Assembly (NCBI RefSeq): GCF_009914755.1
Contig: NC_060927.1
Source: the human T2T-CHM13v2.0 reference genome, Homo sapiens
Reading direction: 5' to 3' (one strand)
Length of the DNA stretch: 64,000 nucleotides
Under the pieces are notes generated by a model. The model was not told the DNA's origin. It saw nothing but the letters and a program-made list of their open reading frames with translations, and searched no databases. The position numbers and the translations under genes are program-made. Positions within the stretch are counted from its first letter, which is position 1. The number at the start of each line of letters is the position of its first letter. Below, piece after piece: positions 54,701 through 64,000 of this stretch.

Positions 54701-56354
54701 GCTCCCATCCCCATCATCAACACCATCCCTAGGCTGACTAAGAGCCCTGCTGGTGGAGGGAGTGGTGAGAGATTCAAGTATGTGATGACAGGGGAGGTAA
54801 GATTTACAGGTGGACTGAATTGAGTAGAAGGCATAGGATCAAGTGGGATGGAAGCAGGTGAATTTAATCTGGATTTCTCAAAGCAGAGTGGTTAAAAAAA
54901 AACAATTGGGAAGATTTTTTTAATTGCAGTTTTTGGGGTTCCATAGCAAACAAATAAATGAAAAAACTCTGAGAAGTGCAATACAAGAATATGCATGTTG
55001 AAAACAGGCCAGGTATGAGATTAGGGAACTGCTGAAGTGTATGACCTTTAAGGTTCTTTCTAAGCATGACATTCTGTGACTCCAACCTGACCTGACATTT
55101 GATCGGTATCCAGAAGTTGGGAAAGAAGCATATAAGTGGAAAAGAGAGAGGCAAGCCCATCAGAGTGCATCAGAGGCAGGGTCAATGACATTCTGACATA
55201 GTCACTGTGGCATGGGATCATTTTGATGCTGCCTAAAACAGAAGGCATCACATGTTATCTAAAAATTACACACCAAAAAATCTGTCATATTCACCCCAAT
55301 GCTAAGCTTCAACCCATGCCTGCTACTCAACTCAGTCCACCTATGTATCTTATCTCCCCTCCCACCACATACATGAATCTTTCACCACTCTCGACTCTCA
55401 TGCTCTCCCTGAACTTCCTGTGGCTCCTGAGTCATGCCTGTGGCAACGGTGCAAGGGAGACTTAGGGATGGAGTGTGTCCCAGTTTCTCTGTTACACACA
55501 ATCCTTAGGAATTACACATAGTATTTTTATGTCTGACAGAGCAAAAATAAAATATCAGTATTCCCAGCCTTACCTTCCTTTGTCCTGTTGTGCAAATTCT
55601 GTCTTTGATAGCTTGTTGCTTCCTGGGGTTGAGGAGGTGGAGAATCCAGGCAAGGCTTGAGAGAGGCAATATTTAAAAATGAATAAATAAAAAGGCCTTA
55701 ATTTTAAGGTCAGCTCCTGGTCTGAGAGATACTGGGTTTGAGAGAACTAAAGAAATATTATTTTAATAAAGGTGGATAGGATTTTCAGATTTTTATCTGC
55801 CTTGACATTATTCAAGAGATTCCAATAAAGATCTGAATTGTGTAAATTACTTTTGATTGATAGCTTATATTTTTTTGAAGGCAACACTGAACAAGTACTA
55901 GAATATGTCGAGCACCAGCTTTTATTTCGGTTACATGCATTTTGACATAGCCAGTTTGATGAGATCAGATCTAAATGACTTGCCTAAAAGTCCCATGAGC
56001 CCAGGCTCATGGAATGGGTTCTTTTTTCAAATCGCAAGCTAGATCTTCATAACCTACACAGCTCCAACTGGTGTATTTCCACAAGGAAGAGGGTAATTTC
56101 TACTTAGTTATAGCAGTTAATTTGCCTAAAGACACAGGTGTCAACTGTATTTCCATTTAATTTCAAATTTAATGGAAACCTGGGTCTTGTGCCATCTCAA
56201 GTGTTCATCACCTCCCCAGTTTAAGGGCATTTGCTAAAAATGTCTGGCCTCAGTTTAACTATGTTCTCCGTAGAAGTTAATATAAATATATTAAAGTGAC
56301 TGCTCTGAGGTATAAACAGGTGTCATGGATATTTCATAGCTGGCAATGAAGTTA

Positions 56355-56540
56355 CTATGAGAATAAGCCAGAACTGGGTTCAAATCCTGGCTCTATAAGT
56401 TGTTAACTGCGAGATTGTAAGCATTTCTTATTTGCCCTAAGCTTCAGCTCTTGCAAAGTGAAGCCAGATAACAATATCTACCTCATGAGATTGTTGGGAT
56501 GAAGAATGATTTGATTTTTATAAAGTCCTTAGTGCACAGA
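56355..56540 (+). mobile_element. MIR
   Basis: AGCCAGAACTGGGTTCAAATCCTGGCTCT..ATCTACCTCATGAGATTGTTG. Confidence 0.75.
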
Positions 56541-57147
56541 AACCATGCAAACAAAGAGTCTGAAAAACAAGCTTTGCATAAACATACAGAAAGAACGTAC
56601 AAAAACTTCAACTCCCCAGTGGAAAAAAATTATAAATGTTGAAAACGTGATAGATGTGTCAAAAGTACATCAATCACCGTAAATTTGTGAAACATAAATT
56701 TTTATGTGACATATAATTTATTTTTCTGTTTATTATGTAAAAAATGTTAAAAATAACAAATTTTTCATGAAGAAAATAAAAAGATCAAAAATTCAACAGC
56801 TAATGGTGCTTCACCTGTTCCTCTTGTGGCCAAGTGTAAAATGCGTTCCTCAATCTCCCAGCCCCTCCCAAAGCATATTAATCATGTTTTATCTATGCCA
56901 ATGTGGGACAGGCTAATCCAGGTGAATCTGGACAAAATATGTTAATTTCAGTTTCTATGTGTTTCTATGTAGGTCACAGGTTCTGCTTGAATTCTAGCTT
57001 CCCCAGCCTAGGAAAGGAAAATCTGAGCAAATTTACCAGTCACATCTTCAGTTCTTTACAACTAGTGAGTAATCACCTCACATTGTTAATGTCAACCATT
57101 ATGCCACTCATTTTACCTAAAAAAAATGCAACTGTTCCCAACACAAA

Positions 57148-57520
57148 TGATATGGGTTGGCTGTGTCCCCATACAAAATCTCATCTTGAATTGTAATATC
57201 CATAATCCGCACGTTTCAAGGGCAGGACCATGTCAAGGTCATTGGATCATGGGGGCGGTTTCCCCTATGCTGTTCTCATGATAGTGAGTGAGTCTCACAA
57301 GATCTGATGGTCTTATAACCACCTGACATTTCCCCTGCTTTCACTCACTTCGTCCTGCTGCCCTGTGAAGATGCCTGCTTCTCCTTTGCCTTTGTCATGA
57401 TTGTAAGCTTCCTGAGGCCTCCCCAGTCGTAGAGAACTGTGAGTCAATTAAACTTCTTCCCTTTGTAAATTACTCAGTCTCAGGTATTTCCTCATAGCAG
57501 TGTGGGAACGGACTAATATA
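57148..57520 (+). mobile_element. MaLR solo LTR (THE1D-like)
   Basis: TGATATGG.TTGGCTGTGTCCCCA..GATCTGATGG..CCTGAGGCCTCCCCAG..GGACTAATA. Confidence 0.92.
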
Positions 57521-57628
57521 GTAACAAAGAAATGATAAATGTTTGAGATGATGGATATGCTAATTACCCTATTCTGATCACTTTAAGTACCAAAACATTA
57601 CTACATACCCCATGAATATGTACAATTA

Positions 57629-58011
<383 letters not shown>

Positions 58012-58750
58012 TATTATTTGTCAATTAAAAAACAAAATAAACAATTTTAAAAATGCAACTGAAATATATATCCTCTACCTTTTTCTATTCCACCCTACAG
58101 AATAGAGTAGTAACCATGACCAGATATGTTATTTCATAGATAATGTACATAGTTAATAACCAGTGAGAAAATGGCCCATTGCTTATCTTGTTAATGAGGC
58201 TAGTCCACCTACATGGTTTAGTTGAGACATTTCCATCTTTTAGCATGATATAGGCAGCAGGTGAAGATATGAAATTTGTGGTCCAAAGGAATAGAAATTC
58301 CAGCTGGGTAATTCCAGGAGTTACTCAAGAGCCACAACCCAGTGATAGAGCACGTGCATCTCTTTGGCCAGGACACAGAGCAGGCAAGCTCTTTTGTGGT
58401 GGAGATGATGCTCTGGACATAAGTTCAAAGCATCAGCAGAGAATCTGGCCTGAGTCCACTATGAATCCACCCTGGGGAACCTTCAGATAAATCGCTTTAG
58501 TCACTCTCAAGTCAGCAAGTAGAATCCAGGGGTTTTTATTCCCCTTACTTTTTTCCAGTGGAAGTGCAAAATACTCCCATGTCATGTGCAGCAGTATACG
58601 CTAAAACTTTCCACTGTGAGTGGAGAACCAACTCCTCTCACTCCCCACCAAAATTATATTAATTGCATGGGTGTCACTCATTTGTCTTTATCTGTCTGTT
58701 ACATTAACTAAACAGAGTCATTATTATTAATAAGTCCAGGCAATCTCTAC

Positions 58751-59351
58751 TGTATTAGTCAGGGTTCTCTAAAGGGACAGAAGTAATAGGGTATATGTAC
58801 ATATGAAGGGGAGTTTATTAGGAGAATTGACTCACATAATCACAAGGTAAAGTCTCACGATAGGCCGTCTTCAAGTTGAAGAGCAAGGAAGCCAGTGGTG
58901 GATCAGTCTGAGTCCCAAAACCTCAAAAGTAGGAAAGCTGACAATGCAGCCTTCAGTCTGTGGCCAAAGGCCCGAGCGCTCCTGGCAAAACACTGGTGTA
59001 AGTTCAAGAGTCCAAAGGCTGAGGAACTTGGAGTCTGATGTTCCAGGGCAGGAAGCATCCAGCATGGGAGAAAGATGAAGGGAAGAGAGACAAGAAGGCA
59101 AGAAAGATGAAGGCAAGAGATGAAGGCAAAGAGTCAGCAAGTCTGCTCTTTCATCTTCTCCTGCCTGCTTTATTCTAGCTGTGCGGGCAGCTGATTAGGT
59201 GGTGCCCACCCAGATTGAGGGTGGGTCAGCGTCTCCAAGTCCACTGACTCAAATGTTAATCTTCTTTGGCAACACCCTCACAGACACACCCAGGAACAAT
59301 ACTTTACATCCTTCAATTCAAGCAAGTTGACATTCAATATTAACTATCGCA
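58751..59351 (-). mobile_element. HERVL solo LTR (MLT2A-like)
   Basis: TGTATTAGTCAGGGTTCTCT..GGGAGTTTATTA..GGAAGCATCCAGCATGGGAGAAAGATG..CACAGACACACCCAGGA..CAAGTTGACA. Confidence 0.92.
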
Positions 59352-59959
59352 TACACCAGTTGGTTATTTACATGAAATCTCAACTTAAAGGACTCCTCTA
59401 ACTACTGACAAATATGCCTCGATTGGGTGAACACTACTTATTAGAAGAATTTACAAATGAGAAGCCCATGAGCAGGATGTAGCCCAAAGACATTTGAGTT
59501 ATTCTACAGAGCTTTTAAAAATTTGACTTAGCTGCTATCTTGACGTTTTTAAATGGACTATTTCACCCAAATTTTGGATTCCCAGTTTTTCTTGGCAAAG
59601 CCAGACCCACAGTCTCAGAAGATGGCAATCAAATAGGACTGAATAGCAGCTGCCCACTTCAGACAGGGCACATCCTCTCCAATTTGGCACAGTCCCTACC
59701 ATGCCACTTTACTCACTTATCTGCCAGCCCCCTGCAGACATCTGGGTTTGTGACTGCTGGAGTAAAGAATCTAGCAATTCCATGAGCCAAACTAGAAAAG
59801 CAGCAGTCCCCTCAAAGAACTCTCATTTAATACAATTTACATCTGTCTTGCTGTGCTGCTATTATTTTTGTATCTCTCACAGCACCGTGCCTTTCATAGA
59901 ATAGGCGCCATATATTTTAGTCGAATAAATGAGTAAATTAAAGACCGCCGCTCATGTTC

Positions 59960-60050
59960 AGCAAAACCTCTCCTCCCTTGTTTTCAGCACTTCTTTTAAT
60001 GAAGCCCAAGGTCATATTCGCTCTTTTGGCAATATTCAGCTGAAGCCCAC
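59960..60050 (-). mobile_element. CR1/L3-clade LINE fragment (RT C-terminal region)
   Basis: Minus-strand peptide AKRANMTLGFIKRS (60030 to 59989) resembles the CR1-clade KAN..LG.I.RS motif. Confidence 0.5.
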
Positions 60051-61254
60051 CTCCCTTCTGCCACCCTGAAAATAAAACGCTGCAAATCACCTCTTTCAAT
60101 CTATGGGCACACACCCAGGAACATCTTTCAAGCAGCAGAAGGGAATGTTTCCAGTTAAGTGATTTTAGCAGATTTCTCCAGCCTGGTTTAGGGGATGATC
60201 CCAACGACCCAGGGCTAAACCATCTCAGAATCTGCAATGCCTTTCGCCACCCGAGCATCTGGCTCTGCTGATTCAATCATCCGGAGGAGAGACATAATGT
60301 GAAGACCAGCACAGCCATCATACAACAACATACGCCAAGGATGCTGAATGAACATTTGGCATAAAGTCAATCACAGAAACTGCTTGGTGTGGAAGAGATG
60401 GAGGGAGGGAGGAAAAGGAGAGAAAGGAAATTAATATGGGAAGAGTCAAGCTCACTGCTAATGGGTGACATTTTCTCCCCTAGGAACTTTTAAATAAAGC
60501 CCTTAAGAGTTTCCCAAATGAGCAGACCGACTAACCCATTATGTTAACAGAAAATTAGAAATTACAAAGACATTTATCTCCATTTGGCTAATGTGGGGTT
60601 GCATGCGCTGCTTGTTGCTGCTTATAAACTCCAGGCCCCACAGTTAGCTTTGACATTTCAACCATGTTTTCTCAGGCTCATGGGCACAGAAGGATTTCTG
60701 CCTACTTAGCATGGCAAGGTATACATCTGTCCTGTCTCTACCACCTTTCACTGCCCTTGCATTTGCACATGGCAAGGAAATCACATGGATAAAGGGATTA
60801 AAATGCAATAATTTAGGTAAGATAAAGGCTTCAAGAGGATCTGTTCTGAGCTGGCTCCTCTTATATATATATAACATTAACATTCACGGTGGTAGGCTTG
60901 CAGTATAAAATGCAGATCAAAAACTAAATATTTGCTGCATATTTTATTCTAAAGGCATTACGAACCAATCTCAGCAATTTGTATTCCCAAAATTTGACTA
61001 CACTAATTTCTAGAAGCTTTCAGGAGATAGCCAAGACGTGAAAAGGTAACGCTTACACTTGGGGAGTTTACAACAATTTTGTTAGTAACTTGGAACACAC
61101 TCAATGGAAACATTTAAATAGCATTACCAGGGCAATACATGAAGCATAAACGAAGAAAGGCTAATTCAGACAAGCGTGTGTATGAAACTTCTTATCTCTA
61201 AGCCAATGTGACATGTTTTCTTATTCAAAAGAAAATTAAAATGTAAATGCACTT

Positions 61255-61440
61255 CCTCTCTGTGCTAGGCACTTGTGCACATATTATCTTATGTAACCTG
61301 TTCGAACTCCCAGGAGGTGGGTATTTCTGCTTGTATAGATGAGAGAGCTGAATTTCAGAGAGGTAATCAATTTGCCAAGAGTCATCACAATAGCAAGAGC
61401 TAGAGCCAGGGTCTGAGCTGCTCTCTTATATCTCACTCCA
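61255..61440 (-). mobile_element. MIR
   Basis: CTGTGCTAGGCACTT..ATAGATGAG..CTGAA.TTCAGAGAGG..TTTGCCAAGAGTCA. Confidence 0.65.
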
Positions 61441-61892
61441 GACTTCTCTGTACTACATCACCACCACATCCCAGTTCAAAGCTTTTCATTTTGAATGCAG
61501 GGAATTAAATTCCTCAAAGGTAGAGAGGCTGTCCAAGAGGGGATGTAAAACACGTTAACATGACCAATCTATCCCAATTTAGCAGAACCTCCCTGGCTTT
61601 AGCATGAAAATGCCACATCCTGGGAAAGCACTCAATCCTGGTTTTAAAAAGAACTGTTTTATGACTGAGACAATCCCTCAGTCCCAGGCAAACTGGGATG
61701 GTTACTCATGCTATCTGTGGTTTCCCAACATATATGGGGCAGAGTCAACCCTAATGTCTCTTCTTTAACATAATTAATTCCTCATGTCCCCACCTTAGCC
61801 CCCATATGATCCTCTCAGGCCTTGTTGTTTTACATGTAGCTGATGTTTGTCGATGTCTACTGAGTCAAATATAGATGAAATCCGTCTATAAT

Positions 61893-62262
61893 TGATACGG
61901 TTTTGCTGTGTCCCCACTCAAATCTCAATTTGAATTGGAACTCCCACAATTCCCACACGTTGTGAGAGGAACCCAGTGCGAGGTGATTGAATTCTGGGGG
62001 CGGGTCTTTCCTGTGCTGTTCTCGTGATAGTGAACGAGTCTCACGAGATCTGATGGTTTTAAAAACGAGAGTTTCCCTGCACAAGCTCTCTTTTCGCCTG
62101 CCACCATCCATGTCAGATGTGACTTGCTCCTCTTTGCCTTCCATGATGATTGTGAGGCCTCCCCAGCCACATGGAACTGTGAGTCCCATTGAACCTCTTT
62201 CTTTTGTAAATTGCCCAGTCTTGGATATGTCTTTGTCAGCAGCATGAAAACAGACTAATACA
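61893..62262 (+). mobile_element. MaLR solo LTR (THE1A/B-like)
   Basis: TGATACGGTTT.GCTGTGTCCCCAC..TCTCACGAGATCTGATGG..CAGACTAATACA; perfect 5-bp TSD ATAAT (61888-61892, 62263-62267). Confidence 0.95.
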
Positions 62263-63399
62263 ATAATAAACATCAAGGGCAAACTTTAAAAGTTAAGGGA
62301 GACTCAGAAGTAGACTCTGTCCCTATGTCTTGGTGATGATGGAGGACTTGTGGGTTGATGGCACATTTATGAATATCACATCTCTTGCTTTTCCCCTCCC
62401 CAGCAGCAGCCTCCCCAAATCACTGTTCAGCTGCTAACACCATTTAGGCCCCATGTGGACTCCCAAAGGTCCAAAGGCTAGGGTAGATGTTCCAGCGACT
62501 GCACTAGACAAAACATCTATTGTCTCAAGCAATGTGCTAATAATTTAACATACATTGTCCTATTTAATCCTTGCAACATGATGCAGTTACTAGTATTATT
62601 CCCATCTAATGGATAAGTTAACTAATGCTTCCAAAAGTCAAGGGAATAAATCCAGAGCCCAAGCTCTTGGGCAAAATGACATGGTGTATCCCAAGTTATC
62701 ATACAGTGATGGACATATTATGCCCAATAAGATGGCACCTCATCGATATCTGATGTCTTTGGGGTACCTTGATAACAGTTATTTTCTGATAATTGAGAGA
62801 CTTTAGAGAGCCAAAGATTACATAAACAGACCTCTGTATAATTTAAGGTAGCTTAAGTTTGCCCCCTCCTTCTTTTGACTTCTGGAGCTTTGTGCTAGGG
62901 GCTTATAAATTTGAACTTGTACCAAACACTGTAGGCAATGTAAATATAGACAAAGCCATACTCCTTGGGTATAATATTCTTAACTACTGATAATTACAGA
63001 GAATTTATTGGAATTAGCCAAGACCTACAGGAAAGTACTTGTTTAAACACCTCTACTTTAGTTTAACCTTGGAAAACAGAATCAAGGAATTTTAGCAGTA
63101 GAGAGAATCTTGAAAATAATCTAGTTTGGTCATTATCTGACTTTGATCTGCAGAGCTTTGGGGCCCTGTTCAGTGCCTGACCAGCCAACAAGGCACCATC
63201 ATCCCCAAGTAACAGGGACAAGAGAAAGTTGAATAGGGGCTCCTGCCCTGGCCATCTTCAATGAGTGCCGATGGCAGGAACAGTGAATTGGCCCAACCAG
63301 CACCCAGTCCTGGCTTCTAGCTGGCTTCCTGTTCTGCACTGGGCCTAGGTTTGGTCAAGCAGCACAGAGGCACAGTGAGCTACATAAAAAGACTGCTAT

Positions 63400-63710
63400 G
63401 GCTAGGGGCTTAGATCTTCTGGCAAGGACAATGTCAGTATGATTTGGGAGAAGTGTGCAGACTTTCTGACCAGACCAGACCATAGTGGCATAGGTATCGA
63501 ATGATGGGCAAGAATGACAACATTGATTCCAGCAGAAGAGGCACGTGGGATGTCAGGGGGTTTTCTCTGGGGGCTTATTCCCGGCTGGGCAACATCCATG
63601 TTCTCCAGCCCTTCCAGAGACCCTGTAGGCAAACTGGCACCTTTTAGTAAATATCTTCCTGCCCAATTAGCTAGAGTAGATTTGGTTGTTGTGACCAAGA
63701 ACCTGGATAA
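63400..63710 (+). mobile_element. old MaLR LTR fragment (MLT1M/N/O-like)
   Basis: GTTCTCCAGCCCTTCC..TAAATATCTT..TTAGCTAGAGTAGATTT.GTTG..ACCAAGAA resembles old MLT1 3' ends. Confidence 0.45.
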
Positions 63711-63740
63711 ATTTGCTGTTATGTCTTGAAATGGTTTTTC

Positions 63741-64000
63741 TCTTTCTCTTTTCCTTTTTTTTTTTTTTTTATATTTTTTGAGATGGGGGTCTCATTCTCT
63801 TGCCCAAGCTGGAGTACAGTGGCACGATCTCAGCTCACTACAATCTCTGCCTCTCAGATTAAAGTGATTCTCCTGCCTCAGCCACCCGAGTAGCTGGGAT
63901 TACAGGCACATACCACCATGCTCAGCTACTTTTTGTATTTTTAAGTAGAGACAAGGTTCCACCATGTTGGCCAGGCCAGTCTTGAACTCCTGACCTCAAG
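63741..64000 (-). mobile_element. Alu (S/J type), runs past the window end
   Basis: T-rich tail followed by GAGATGGGGGTCTC..CCTCAGCC..TGAACTCCTGACCTCAAG. Confidence 0.93.

Overview
Primate (human-like) nuclear DNA dominated by interspersed repeats. I found no protein-coding exon, rRNA, tRNA, CRISPR array or prokaryotic system, and I could not identify the locus. Every ORF with a recognisable product derives from a transposon: L1 ORF2, Tigger1 transposase, L3/CR1 reverse transcriptase, or Alu and microsatellite read-throughs. The window holds the 3' end of an L1PA2/3, about 14 Alu-family elements (many with target-site duplications, TSDs), many solo LTRs in both orientations, a full-length Tigger1 with three nested insertions, two MADE1 MITEs, several hAT MITEs and many MIR/L2/L3 fossils. 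Most noteworthy: (1) a probable, very degraded Gypsy (Gmr1/SCAN-like) gag-knuckle-protease fossil at ~7.5-8.5 kb; (2) a ~225-bp, ~90% identical non-tandem local duplication spanning a MIR/L3 junction (45.4 vs 46.6 kb); (3) a four-element nested insertion stack at 57.1-58.1 kb; (4) a (GAAA)13/(GGAA)10/(GAAA)11 purine tract; (5) several CpG-retaining non-repeat patches that may be enhancers. Repeat subfamily names come from remembered consensus sequences, not a database search. I see no evidence of a new biological system.
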